DNA from: Kiritimatiellia bacterium
GTDB taxonomy: Bacteria; Verrucomicrobiota; Kiritimatiellia; RFP12; JBMNHG01
Direction: 5' to 3'
NCBI GenBank assembly: GCA_050950285.1
Contig: JBMNHG010000008.1
Coordinates: 186,001 to 250,000, forward strand
Length of the DNA stretch: 64,000 nucleotides
The position numbers and the translations under genes are program-made. Each line of letters opens with the position of its first letter. Within the stretch, counting starts at the first letter, position 1. Of the stretch, positions 38,901 through 48,000 are shown one piece after another. The notes beneath the pieces were generated by a model. The model had not been told where the DNA came from. It made no database searches and saw only the letters and a program-made list of their open reading frames with translations.

Positions 38901-41703
38901 CAAGACCTACGAATACGCCTGGACTCCGGCGGCGGAGGGCAGCTATTCGGTCGCGGTCACGGCGCACGAGGGCACCGAGGGAATCACGGACGTCGCCGCG
39001 ACGCGGCTCGATGTGACCTTCCTCGACTTCGGCACGCCAAGCATCACCGAGTTCACCATTACCGACAACGGCTCCGCCACCAACATCTATGATCCCGACC
39101 AGACGGTCTATATCCGCGTGACCGATCTCGATCAGAACACCGATCCCAATACGCCCGACACGATCACGGTGACGGTCACCACCAGTAGCTGGCGACACCG
39201 AGACTATCACGCTCACCGAGACCGGTTCCAACACCGGCATCTTCACCGGCCGAGGTGCCCGCCAGCTCGACGAACGCCGGCGGCTGACGAGGACGGCACG
39301 CTCCATGCGCCCCCCGGAACGGTGCTGGATGTGGTCTACGTCGATCAGTACGATCCCACCGACACCTCCAGCGACACGGCCATCGTGACGCAGCCGTCCG
39401 GCACCTCCGGCTTCAGCGTCAGGAAGCGGCGCGCCGACGGCTCCACCAGCCCGGTAATGATCGGCGATACGGTGGTCTACCGCGTACGGGTCTCCAACAC
39501 CGGCACGACGACGCTTGATCCGATTAGCCTGACCGACACCTATCCCGCCGCCTTGCGCTTCATATCGGCCTCGCCTGCGGCGGACAGCCACAACGCGACG
39601 CAGCGCCTGGTGACCTGGACCAACATCGGCCCGCTGGCCGTTGGCGGCTACCGCGAGTTCGAACTGGCATTCGAGGCGCTCTCCGCCGCCCCGGCGGCGG
39701 TCAACAGCGCCACCGCCACGCATGCCGGCACCCCGCGGAGCGACTCCGCCGTCGTCGAGATCGTCAATGCCGGCCACACGGTCGCCAAGACGCTGCTCTC
39801 GACCAAAAACCCTGTGAGTTACGGCGAATACGTCGAATACCGCATCGTGGTGGCCAACACCGGCAGCACGCGCATCACGGAGATCCCGCTGGAAGACACC
39901 TTCAGCGCCGCCTATCTCGCCTACGTGCCCGAGTCGGCGACGATCGAGCCCGACGGCATCGGCGCGGGCATGCTCTTCTGGGAGAACATCGCGGCACCCG
40001 ACGGTCTCGCCGTGGGTGGCGCGATCACCAACGACCTCGTGTTCCAGGTGATCGGCGCCGGCAGCCCGATCGTCAACACCGTCGCCGCCGACTACTCCGT
40101 GGACGAGTACGGCAGCCCCGTGCCGCCCGCCCGGGACGCCGACACGAACCTCGTGAGCACCGCCGGCCTGATCAGCGGGCATGTCTGGAACGACCTCGAC
40201 AGGAACCAGGCCGGCGACGCCGGCGAGCCGCGCCTCCCGGGCGTCGAGATCAGGCTCTTCGACGCGGCCGGCGAACTGGTGGCGACCACCACCACGCTGG
40301 GCACGAACGGCTACTATGAGTTCCCCAACCTGCCCGACGGCACGTACACCGTTGTCGAGACCGACCCGCCCGGCTTCGGCAGCACGGGCGACGTGCAGGG
40401 GGCCAACGACAACCGTATCACGGTGACCATCGACACGGGCAGCGTCCACGCCAACCAGGACTTCTTCGACTACCGCCTGCCACTCGGCCAGCAAGCCTCG
40501 ATCGGCGGCACCGTCTGGAACGACACCAACCGCGACGGAGTGGTGGATGACGGCGAACGGGGCATCCCGGGCGTGACGATCGCACTCTACAGGGACGTCA
40601 ACAACAACGGCGCGCATGACGCCGAAGACGAGCTTGTGCGCTATGCCCTTACCGATCTCGACGGCGGATACGCCTTCGGCGCCCTGGAAGCTGGCAACTA
40701 CATCGTGGTCGAGACCGACCCGCCGGGCTACATCAGCACCGGCGACATCTCCGCCCCGAACGACAACCAGATTCCCGTAAGCGTCAACGCCGGCGACAAG
40801 GTGACGGGGCAGGACTTCCTCGACGCCAGGATACAGCGTCTCTACGGCTACGCCTATTACGACGCGGACGAAAGCCTGACACGCAACGAGGGCGACGGCG
40901 TGTGCTCGGGCATGGTCGTGCAGGTCTGGCAGAACCATGTGTTCGTGGCCGCGACGATAGCCGACGACGAGGGCTTCTACGAGTTCCTCCATCTGTTGCC
41001 GGGAACCTACGAGGTCCGCTTCATGGGCGACATCCATGCCCTGACCGCCATCCCCGCCACCGGCACCCCCGCCGCAGACGACGTCCACCGCAACCGCGCG
41101 GTGGCGGACGGGGCTGGCTACGCCACCGCGACCTACAGTCTCTACCCGGGCCACGGTGTCGGCGCCGATGCCGGCGAGCCGGTCAACGCCGGCTTCACCG
41201 GCACGGGCCCGTCGAGTTCGGGCATCGACCTCCAGGCCTTCCAGGGCGCGGACGGGGTGTACGTCGAGTTCGTGGCCCACGACGTCGAGGAGGACGGCGA
41301 AATCACGCTCTTCCTGATCGGGCCGGACGGCAGGCCGCTCTGGCACGGCTCCTGCGAGGTCGGGGCCGGCGGCGATTTCATCTGCCGCTTCCGCGTGCCC
41401 GGACTCGAGGCCGGCGGCAGATACCACTTCATGGTGCAGGACGAGGTGGGCCAGTTCTGGGAAGCCTATGGTGTCGAGGTGAAGCCCTTCGCCGCCGAGA
41501 TGATCCGCATGTCGCTGGCGGGCGTGACGCTGGGCTTCGAGAGCCTGCCCGAGCGCGAGTACGCGATCCAGTGGACGCCGCGCCTCGGCGATCCCTGGCA
41601 GACGGTGGCGACCGTCTTCTCCGAGGGCCGGCACACGACGGTCGTCGTGCCGCACCCCGACCGCACCTCGCCCAGCGGCTTCTTCCGCATCGTCCTGCAG
41701 TAG
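32944..41703 (+). CDS. Giant secreted adhesin-like protein 1: IgGFc-binding-like N-terminus, DUF11, 3x(DUF2341+LamG), 2x DUF11, 3x SdrD-B, shared C-terminal module
   Basis: Signal peptide MRINRIFNLALLTAFLAASAHA; GDTIEYRI...DTLP...YVAGS (DUF11); NFPVLV...DIRFYD...LSYEIE.W...WVRVP x3; ISGHVWND...GYYEF.NLP.G.Y (SdrD-B); ends GFFRIVLQ; local three-step frameshift at 39190-39282. Confidence 0.9.
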   Translation: MTMRINRIFNLALLTAFLAASAHAVYMVHEFYLPLPEAQVLQSFRSVDGMNRVRAPLESVTSIVVTGPDTIIHYDHWEDGYETDINNPVQPTTQIWGDGDDSNGIPPGYASDPMGLPMGAVIPLRNDVNLPRNPAEILYDARDRVTASKALVVTRALWARDTGPVLAEAVEVSATIDHGTHYIAPVGEDVDAYDMFEHVGLAVMADQDNTVVTIDKDGPGGAAPVTVTLNRGESYFVNGGVMQGAEVTSTKPVQAHLLTGDVGAYYETRWYTLFPVGDWYSRYVTPVGSAANGQACFVFLYNPGPGAITITATSRVGTESITVPAGEAYRWQVPQNSGAMFSSTGGEPFSAIAAAGAHPYANNAYDWGFSLVPQDALSPTAVVGWGPGSSDMTRNGSPVFVSPAKATRIYVDYGGDGQGPLTDPNGGKYDVHYDLAALESKTILDPDGDQTAMRIYTTDGALFSAAWGQDPDTARPGNPYLDMGSTVLPLPEPKLVKTARIVNDADPAGPSLGDTIEYRIAIDNKGLLPLGNTLVLDTLPPQLDYVAGSTTLDGEPLPDDTAGSTLFPLDETGYTIPIILRAGSSVFTYRTTITGTGSIVNRGAAPQYEIYDQTEADVLPPSGSNPSQVRFVDEHGNDVTVYPEGDDIYLWFKDLDANRDPGAVETITLIIRNETTGDYESITLTETGPDTGVFTTTAPVPSSPSSGLGPEDGTLYARAGDDLAVYYVDPLYGDSCSDTATLSVPSETKVLYLTDANGGGAPPEPAVQYKRQITFANSAYETLQNFPVLVHLTEDNFDFSKANSDGSDIRFYDADGVTPLSYEIESWDALGWEAHIWVRVPQIDKTDTDSIWMHYGDASRTDAQTPAAVWSDNFRAVWHMDETTGTVNDSTSNNLDGIPNANVVLDATGKVDGADQYPDGVHGYTSLPSGQIVPARNPFTFESWIYLAPNSNYDRIFAQTLANYHCQVIRHGNIIQVGRNYSGASYDCPLTKAAAVPGSGNWFHFAWVFDGSSDALFVNGMPATSANQTHVGATIAATEQTKIGARDSSSFPFGGMLDEMRVSTTARSANWIKAQYASMNGTFATLGAEQSFIPAPPMLRKRKITFDNSTRNEDLADFPVLVHLTGANFDFTKAKSDGSDLRFYDADGTTPLSHEIESWDVSAQQAHIWVRVPKIDRNSNTDSIWMHYGNPALADVQKPADVWSDNFRAVWHMDETAGAAVADSTGNGWNGIATAVARDTAGKVDGADEYADNAYTTVAKPGAIISATSPFTFETWVNVGAADAYDRIFTQDTPSGQLQIVLDSGRLHVARYDGTADYGIVKGAAPVTSGTWTHFAWVFDGSADTLYINGTPASTTTTFGSTALGDTYNYIGALDKSKNYFDGKLDEMRLAATARSAAWISAQYASMNGAFATLGAEESAPLEINYAQGATGDAMDRIDPVATADTTTACTVVLDGSAAGTYRQQLTFNNASRSEDLLNFPVLVHLTADNFNFKKARSDGRNIRFFDADGTTPLAYEIESWDADAQQAHIWVKVPKIDRNSNTDSIWMEYGDPALTDAQTPAAVWSSNFRAVWHMDERSGTQVADSTSYARHGVATETLMRDLIGPVNGCDGYVDGVAYTTLPTGAIIPANSTAFTFESWVWVGKTEDYDRLFTQTVDNRDYQVVWVNNRLEVVLYDSSYNRNQPKAAAALPSKTWVHFAWVHSGSTETLYINGVAATASPSSGWYAGVGQGNFIGGHNTTDRHFDGQIDEMRIASVARSAHWISAQYASMTGTLVTYGDAQLISAQNLPRAAFTQAPVFCKDFVMPAAGALSARVFVAAMDGAMAVNPAIYGTLRHGTTQLADLGAPTATFIGFGTGGEAIYRLDWSAVLDTGTTIPAGQAVTIEIATADNSPFAVIYDSAAYPSRVSLPAETVIEVDSLAIYDAPYPGGSPVGAAVAGSTVYVRAVVSDPFGAYDITSLGLAIPAAGVDVTLGDDAVVAATPCTKTYEYAWTPAAEGSYSVAVTAHEGTEGITDVAATRLDVTFLDFGTPSITEFTITDNGSATNIYDPDQTVYIRVTDLDQNTDPNTPDTITVTVTTSSWRHRDYHAHRDRFQHRHLHRPRCPPARRTPAADEDGTLHAPPGTVLDVVYVDQYDPTDTSSDTAIVTQPSGTSGFSVRKRRADGSTSPVMIGDTVVYRVRVSNTGTTTLDPISLTDTYPAALRFISASPAADSHNATQRLVTWTNIGPLAVGGYREFELAFEALSAAPAAVNSATATHAGTPRSDSAVVEIVNAGHTVAKTLLSTKNPVSYGEYVEYRIVVANTGSTRITEIPLEDTFSAAYLAYVPESATIEPDGIGAGMLFWENIAAPDGLAVGGAITNDLVFQVIGAGSPIVNTVAADYSVDEYGSPVPPARDADTNLVSTAGLISGHVWNDLDRNQAGDAGEPRLPGVEIRLFDAAGELVATTTTLGTNGYYEFPNLPDGTYTVVETDPPGFGSTGDVQGANDNRITVTIDTGSVHANQDFFDYRLPLGQQASIGGTVWNDTNRDGVVDDGERGIPGVTIALYRDVNNNGAHDAEDELVRYALTDLDGGYAFGALEAGNYIVVETDPPGYISTGDISAPNDNQIPVSVNAGDKVTGQDFLDARIQRLYGYAYYDADESLTRNEGDGVCSGMVVQVWQNHVFVAATIADDEGFYEFLHLLPGTYEVRFMGDIHALTAIPATGTPAADDVHRNRAVADGAGYATATYSLYPGHGVGADAGEPVNAGFTGTGPSSSGIDLQAFQGADGVYVEFVAHDVEEDGEITLFLIGPDGRPLWHGSCEVGAGGDFICRFRVPGLEAGGRYHFMVQDEVGQFWEAYGVEVKPFAAEMIRMSLAGVTLGFESLPEREYAIQWTPRLGDPWQTVATVFSEGRHTTVVVPHPDRTSPSGFFRIVLQ
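35248..38290 (+). repeat. Three intragenic ~1-kb DUF2341+LamG repeats
   Basis: Units start near 35248, 36241 and 37327; near-identical DUF2341 halves, divergent LamG cores. Confidence 0.85.
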
Positions 41704-41712
41704 GCCTGGGGA
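41171..41712 (+). repeat. Shared C-terminal module DNA, copy 1
   Basis: Colinear without indels with 44149-44690 and 53591-54132; similarity runs through the TAG stop into GCCTGGGGA. Confidence 0.95.
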
Positions 41713-41804
41713 CCGCGGTCTCCGCGGGCCATGGGCCATGGGGTGGTTCCTGGGGTGGGGAAGTCCCGCCGGGGACGGCGGTCTGGGCGCCCTGGCGCAC
41801 CACC
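41706..41804. repeat. REP-like palindrome pair after adhesin gene 1
   Basis: CTGGGGACCGCGGTCTCCGCGGGCCATG (41706-41733) plus inverted variant CCCGCCGGGGACGGCGGTC (41765-41783). Confidence 0.75.
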
Positions 41805-41875
41805 TTTTCTGGTCGTTCCCCGGCGAGCGAACGCGACATTTCTGGCGTTTTTGTCAAAAATAATTTTTTTGACTG

Positions 41876-42285
41876 GGTATGCAGTTGGCTCAACCAGACA
41901 CAACATCTTGTGGCGGCACGATTTTTGATCGCGGGTTGGGGGCTGTGACGACCGCCAATAATGCTACTAACCCGGCCACAAATAGCGCTGCTCACGGAGA
42001 TTCAGGCATGAGGAGCTGGAATTTGGAGTTGGGAAAGGGGCACGGACATTCCTGTCCGTGTCACGGGTTGGAAAACCCGTTCCCCTGTTTTGCAGTATGA
42101 ATTGTGGCCGAGTTAGTAGCTTGTCAAACAGCAGAACGCGGCTCTTCGTGGTTCCCAGCGTCGCCAAATAAGCCAGACAGGCGTCCTGCGTCGCAAACCT
42201 GCGGTCCAATTCGGCCATGCTGGTCGGATAGTCGTTTATGGATGGTCATACTACAGGTTGTGGCAGGTTGAGTCAACTGCATACC
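41876..42285 (-). mobile_element. Internally deleted IS1595-family element with a nested MITE
   Basis: TIRs GGTATGCAGTTG(G/A)CTCAACC matching 19/20 (41876-41895, 42266-42285); minus strand reads DYPTSMAELDRRFATQDACLAYLATL then KSRVLLFDKL, resembling IS1595 transposase N- and C-termini; AT-rich flanks. Confidence 0.75.
41967..42116. mobile_element. 150-bp MITE, copy 2
   Basis: TIRs CTAACCCGGCCACAA / TTGTGGCCGAGTTAG; TA at 41965-41966 and 42117-42118; paralogous to 24343-24492. Confidence 0.85.
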
Positions 42286-42395
42286 AGTATTTTTTAAAAA
42301 CCATGTGGACATGTGGCCCGCGATATGGTAAAGCCATGGTGTCCTTCTTTGTACGGGATGTGTCCGGCCACCTTACACAGATGGGGGTAATGCAT

Positions 42396-44681
42396 ATGAA
42401 GAGAACCAAACGATATGTTCGAGCGCTTACCCTGGCGTTTTTGACGGTGTGCCTGGCGGTCTCCGCCCGGACGGTTTCCATGGCGCAGGAGCCCTCCCCG
42501 CCGCCTTCCGGCACGCAGTGTGCCGTTTGCCAGTGGCTCTACTTCGCCACCAACTTCAATGCGTTCATCTTCGGCGACCTCACCCCCTATGGCGGCGACT
42601 GCGAGGCCCGGATCGCGGTCGGCGGCACCTTCACCTTCGAGAACAGCTACAGCGTCGGCTATCCCGTGGTCGGCGAGCCGCTGCCCACCTTCACCAACGG
42701 CCTCACCGACATGCTCATCGTCGGCGGCGACCTCCACGACGACTGCTTCGGCGTCAACGGCAACATCGTCTACGGCGGCACCCGCTACGGCCCCACGCGC
42801 TATCCGTCCAACGGCAACCTAGTCTACCATGCCACCAACATCACCTTCGACGCGGCCGACGGCGGCAACGTGTCGCGCGACGGCACCGGCAAGACGTGGG
42901 CCGAGCTCTACGCCATTGTCGCGGCGGCCAGCGCCCGGATGGCCGCCCTCGAGGAGCGCGGCGTCGTGTCGAAGAACCTCACGCAGCGGTACTCCGCTTC
43001 CTTGACGGGCTCCGACCCCTCGCTCAACGTCTTCCACGTGAGCGCGCAGGAGTGGAGCAAGACATCCGCCAGGTACACCATCGAGGCGCCCGAAGGCTCC
43101 ACCGTGCTGATCAATATCCACGGCGGCGATGTCGCCATCACCAACGGCGGCATGACCCTCGTCGGCATCGAACGTGGCCGCGTAATCTACAACTACGTCG
43201 ATGCGACCCACATCGCCACCAAGAGCTTTTCGCATCACGGCTCGCTCCTGGCGCCGTACGCCTCCGGGACCTTCTCCGGCGGCTCCATCGACGGCTACGC
43301 CGTCTTCGGCGGCACCGTCGAGAGCAGCAACGGCTTCGAGTTCCACAACTTCCCCTTCAAGGGCGGCTGCTTCGACGGGGATTCCCATCTGCTCGGCAGC
43401 ATCGGCAACTACGTCTGGGAGGATCTGAACGGCAACGGCATACAGGAGTCCGGCGAGGCGAGCATCTCGAACGTGGTGATGCGGCTGACGGATATCCAAG
43501 GCAATGAGCTCGACACCATGCTCACGGACGCGGCAGGCTTCTACACCTTCACGAATCTGTCGGCCGGCACCTATCTGGTGCAGGCTCTGCGTCCGTCCGG
43601 CTGCTACACCTGCACGATCGCGCGTGCACGCGCCGGCACGCGCACCGGCTATGCCAGAACGCACGACGGCTATGTCCGCACACCTGCCGGCGACATCAGT
43701 CCGGACGACCACGTGGACAGCGACGGCGACGAGTTCGGCTGGAGCCTGCCGATCCAGCTCGGGGCGGGCGAACACCGGACCGACATCGATTTCGGGTTCT
43801 ACCGGTTGGCGCGGCTCTATGGCTATGTCTACCACGACGCGGACAATAGCCTGACGCGCAACACGGGCGACAAGGCCGTCGTTGGAATGTCCGTGCAGCT
43901 CTGGCGCGACGGGGCGCAGGTTGCCGCGACCAATGCCGCCGCCGACGGGTTCTACGAGTTCTGCGGCCTGACGCCGGGAGCCTGCGAGGTGATCTTTATA
44001 TGCTCCACCAACGCCCTGACCGCCGTGCCTGAGGAGGGCTCCGATGCCGCCGGCAACCCGGAGCGCAACCGCGCGGTGGCGGTCGAGCATAATACAGCCA
44101 CCACGAGCTACACGCTCTATTCGGGACATGGTGTTGACGGCGGCGACCCCGGCGAGCCGGTCAACGCCGGTTTCACCGGCACGGGGACCATGAGCTCGGG
44201 CATCGACCTCCAGGCCTACCAGGGGGCGGACGGGGTGTACGTCGAGTTCGTGGCCCACGACGTCGAAGAGGACGGCGAAATCACGCTCTCCCTGCTCGGC
44301 CCGGACGGCGGGCCGCTCTGGTACGGCTCTGTCGCGGTCGAGGCCGGAAGCGAGTCCATCTGCCGCTTCCGGGTGCCCGGGCTCGAGGTCGGCTGCGCCT
44401 ACGACTTCGCGCTGCGAGACGAGGTCGGCCAGCTTTGGAAGGCCTATGATGTCGAGGTGAAGCCCTTCGCCGCCGAGATGATCCGCATGTCGCTGGCGGA
44501 GGTGACGCTCTCCTTCGAGAGCCTGCCCGAGCGCGAGTATGCGATCCAGTGGACGCCGCGCCTCGGCGATCCCTGGCAGACGGTGGCGACCGTCTTCTCC
44601 GAGGGCCGGCACACGACGGTCGTCGTGCCGCACCCCGACCGCACCTCGCCCAGCGGCTTCTTCCGTATCGTCCTGCAGTAG
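42396..44681 (+). CDS. Secreted protein 2: choice-of-anchor A domain, 2x SdrD-B, shared C-terminal module
   Basis: Signal peptide MKRTKRYVRALTLAFLTVCLAVSA; FNAFIFGD...EARIAVGG...TVLINI.G...GSLLAPYA...GFEFHNFPF; SIGNYVWEDLNGNGIQE...DSDG...DIDFGF; ends GFFRIVLQ. Confidence 0.9.
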   Translation: MKRTKRYVRALTLAFLTVCLAVSARTVSMAQEPSPPPSGTQCAVCQWLYFATNFNAFIFGDLTPYGGDCEARIAVGGTFTFENSYSVGYPVVGEPLPTFTNGLTDMLIVGGDLHDDCFGVNGNIVYGGTRYGPTRYPSNGNLVYHATNITFDAADGGNVSRDGTGKTWAELYAIVAAASARMAALEERGVVSKNLTQRYSASLTGSDPSLNVFHVSAQEWSKTSARYTIEAPEGSTVLINIHGGDVAITNGGMTLVGIERGRVIYNYVDATHIATKSFSHHGSLLAPYASGTFSGGSIDGYAVFGGTVESSNGFEFHNFPFKGGCFDGDSHLLGSIGNYVWEDLNGNGIQESGEASISNVVMRLTDIQGNELDTMLTDAAGFYTFTNLSAGTYLVQALRPSGCYTCTIARARAGTRTGYARTHDGYVRTPAGDISPDDHVDSDGDEFGWSLPIQLGAGEHRTDIDFGFYRLARLYGYVYHDADNSLTRNTGDKAVVGMSVQLWRDGAQVAATNAAADGFYEFCGLTPGACEVIFICSTNALTAVPEEGSDAAGNPERNRAVAVEHNTATTSYTLYSGHGVDGGDPGEPVNAGFTGTGTMSSGIDLQAYQGADGVYVEFVAHDVEEDGEITLSLLGPDGGPLWYGSVAVEAGSESICRFRVPGLEVGCAYDFALRDEVGQLWKAYDVEVKPFAAEMIRMSLAEVTLSFESLPEREYAIQWTPRLGDPWQTVATVFSEGRHTTVVVPHPDRTSPSGFFRIVLQ

Positions 44682-44690
44682 GCCTGGGGA
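44149..44690 (+). repeat. Shared C-terminal module DNA, copy 2
   Basis: Colinear with copies 1 and 3; last ~230 bp almost identical. Confidence 0.95.
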
Positions 44691-44875
44691 CTGCGGTCTC
44701 CGCGGGCCATGGGGTGGTGAACGGCCCGCCGAGGACGGCGGTCTCCATGAGCCATGTGTGCGGGCAGTGGGCCTGGGACCTGGGACCTGGGACCTGGGGA
44801 CCGCGGTCTCCGCGGGCCATGGGGGTGGCGAGCGTCCCGCCGGGGACCGCAGTCTGTCCACTCTGGCGCACCACC
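44684..44875. repeat. REP-like cluster after gene 2, with a CCTGGGA heptamer run
   Basis: Forward units 44684-44711 and 44794-44821; inverted variants at 44725 and 44836; (CCTGGGA)3 at 44772-44792. Confidence 0.75.
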
Positions 44876-44928
44876 GATCCCTGGCCGTTTTCTAACCGTT
44901 TTCTGGCTGAGTTCTGGCTGAGTTTTGC

Positions 44929-44958
44929 TTGACTCGGTTGTTGAGGCCAACGTATATT
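44929..44958 (+). promoter_or_regulatory. Putative promoter of adhesin gene 3
   Basis: TTGACT, 18-bp spacer, TATATT; block duplicated upstream of gene 4. Confidence 0.65.
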
Positions 44959-45024
44959 ACTATTGCTTGAGCAAACGCAAGGCTTGCATCACAAACCGGA
45001 TGCACCGTGCTGGGAGGCATGCCT

Positions 45025-48000
45025 ATGAACAAAGCAACCAACAAACCCGTCTGTCACGGTCTGGGATTCCTTGCCGCGATGGCCTTGGCTTTGTCGTTGG
45101 GGGGTGCCGCCTCCGCCGCGCCGATCATCGACAACAATGTCGGCACATGGACGGATGCGTACCACGACAACGTAGGCGTGCAGACGAACTTCAACACGGT
45201 TGTCGATTGCGACGCCGGCGTCGTCAGGCTGGAGGCTGGCCGTACCTCGGGCTCGTACGAGACGGTACGCATCAAGCCGCCGAGCTTCGGCGCCTGGGGC
45301 GTGCTCAAGCTCTCCGGCACCTGGTCGGCGCCTTCCGACGTTAAGGTGAGCGTAATCGATGCGGCCACCCGCGCGACCCTCCTCGGTCCTGCCGACTACG
45401 CCGGCGAGATTGCGCTGGCGGGGATCGATCCCGTTGAACACCCGGAAGTGGCGGTGATCGTGACCCTCACCGAGGGCACGGTGTCGCCGCTGGTTTCCGG
45501 CCTGGCCGTCACGTGGGAGCCGGTCACCCGGTTGCTGCTCGACAAGACCGCGCCCGCCTCGGTGGCTGCCGGCCAGCAGCTTGTCTACCGCATCCGCTAC
45601 TCGGTCAACCACGTCGCGACCAGGAACCTCGTCGTCTGGGACAAGGTTCCGCGCGCGGCCGATGGCACGCTGATCTATCCGGCCGCGCACGGCCAGAACG
45701 ATGACGTCGCCTTCGTCGAGGCCTCGCATGGCGGTGTCTATACCGCGACACCCGTGACGGTGCATGGCGTGGAGATCCCCGGCGGCAGCGTCTACTGGGA
45801 TCTCGGGACGAAGTCCGAGGGCATGACGGACACGCTCTGGTTCACCGTCCGCACCAAGAACGGCACGCTGAACGGCACCAGGGCGGTCAACAGCGCCAGC
45901 GCCACCGCCGAAAATGCCGGCGTGGTGCATTCCGGCACGGTCGAGACGCTGATCACCAGCGAGCCTGCCCCGGTCGTGACCAAGCGCACGGGAAACGGCA
46001 TCTACACGCTCGAATCCGGCAACTACACCTTCCCCGGCCAGATCAACCGCTTCAGCATCGAGGTCCGCAACAACCACGCCGGCGAGGGGTGCGAGACGAT
46101 GTACGGCACCGTGGTCTATGACGACCTCTCGAACCTCATGGGCAAGATCAACCCCGACCTCGGCGGGCCAGGCATCCCGGTGGCGGACATCTCCCCCGCG
46201 GGCGGCACCTACACGCCCGCCTTCACGCCGCCGGGGGGCGGCGCATCCTTCTTCCCGGCGGTCGTCTGGACGAATTGCTCCACGCTCGCCCCCGGCGGGA
46301 GGTTCACCAGCTCCTTCGCGGTGCAGTTGCTCGATGCGGCGCAGCTTGCCGGAGAAGGCAGCTACACCAACACCGCGTGGCTGGCCTCCAGCCATACCGA
46401 TCCCATCAGTAGCGCGGTTGACGTCGTCTGGCCTGCGGACGAGACGCCCCACGGCGTCTTCGCCAAGGGCGACAACCTCGACGCCAATTTCGACATCAGC
46501 ATCCACAATGATGACCCCTCTCTCTTCGTGCGGCCGGGCACCTCCTATCCCTATGGCCTCGCCGTCGACAATGACGGCGTCGTGGCGCTCAACGATCTGA
46601 TCTTCGCCGACAGGATTCCCGACGGCACCACCTTCAAGAGCGTGTGGTTCAACGATCCGTGGCTCCAGACCAACGCGGTGGTCTTCTATTCCACGGTCAC
46701 GACGGCCGACACGAACACCCCGCCGGCCTACGGCGCGGCCAACGCGCCCGGCGATATCGACGTTGGCACCAACGACTTCTGGAGCACGGTGCCGCCCGCG
46801 GATCCCGCCGACGTCACGTGGGTGGCCTTCTACATCCCCGCCGTCAACTCCATCCATGCCCAGCCCGGCTCGCCGGGCTGGGTCGCGGGGGCGCCGACGC
46901 GCGCGGTGGGCTACTTCGATGTGACGGTCAGCCCGTCATTCCTTGCGCCGAAGCCCTGCGTGGACAAGCATATCACCAACCGCGGCCACTTCGACTCGTA
47001 CGCCTACACCCCCCTGGCCGGCGGCGGCAAGGTCGCCGGCAGGCTGCATGCCACAAACGACGAGACGACACGCGTGTCGATCGACAAGCCCAGACTCGGG
47101 TTCGCCGAACGCGGCCGGGTGACGCCCATGGTGCTTGGCGAGCCGGGGCGGCTCTCCTACACCCTCGGCGTGAAGAACACGGGCACCGCCATGGCCGAGG
47201 ATGTGCTGCTCGAGATCTGCTGGCCGAGCGCCGAGGTCAACGGCGTCAGCCAGTACGTCGCCTTCGACAGTGTCTCGCCCGCCTCGATCAGGGAGTTCGA
47301 TCCCGCGGACGGCCGGCTGGTTCTGGAATTGGGCACCATCGCCCCCGGTGCCAGCGCCTCGGCGACGCTCACGGTCAACGTTCCCGAAGGCATCGTCTTC
47401 GGCCGGCCGCTCACCTTCACCTCGAAGGCCACGGCCACGGTGCTCTGCCCGCAGGCGCCGATCGCCGACACCGCCACCGCCTTCGCCCTCTTCGCTCCCA
47501 GCCTGAAGGCCGTCAAGAACGACGTGCTCGACATGCTCCCCCCGGGCTCCGCCGCCGACTACACGCTGACGGTCCTGAACAAGGGCAATGCGCCCTCGCA
47601 CGGCACCTTCGTGGTGGACCGTATCCCCGACGAGATGGTGCTGGTCCACGCCACGGGCCCCAACGGCGAGCGCGTGTGGTTCTCCGACGCCGACAACGCC
47701 CCCCCCTCGTTCCTCTCACCCTCGGCGCCGATCAACGCCGCGACGATCGCCGCGAACTTCACGCTTGGCACGCAGGATGGCGATGTCTGGACCAGCCCCT
47801 TCGGCGAGCAGACCCGCTGGGTGGCCTGGGAGATGGACTGCGTGATCGGCGAGTCGAAGTTCTACCCCGTCGGCTGCGCCCACACCGTCGGACTGCGCCT
47901 CAGGAATGACCGCGACGGTCCCGGGCCGGGCACCGCGGGCTCGGACGAGGGCACCCAGATCTTCAACAGCGCCGCCGTCTTCTCCGACGAGCTGCTGCAG

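Noticed and set aside
41876..42285. Invertible promoter switch between inverted repeats
   Set aside because: The enclosed DNA reads as IS1595-like transposase ends and no invertase is nearby, so IS TIRs are the simpler explanation; inversion is not formally excluded without reads.
44684..44875. CRISPR array from the repeated 28-bp palindromes
   Set aside because: At most two same-orientation copies per cluster, irregular spacing, mixed orientation, no cas genes.
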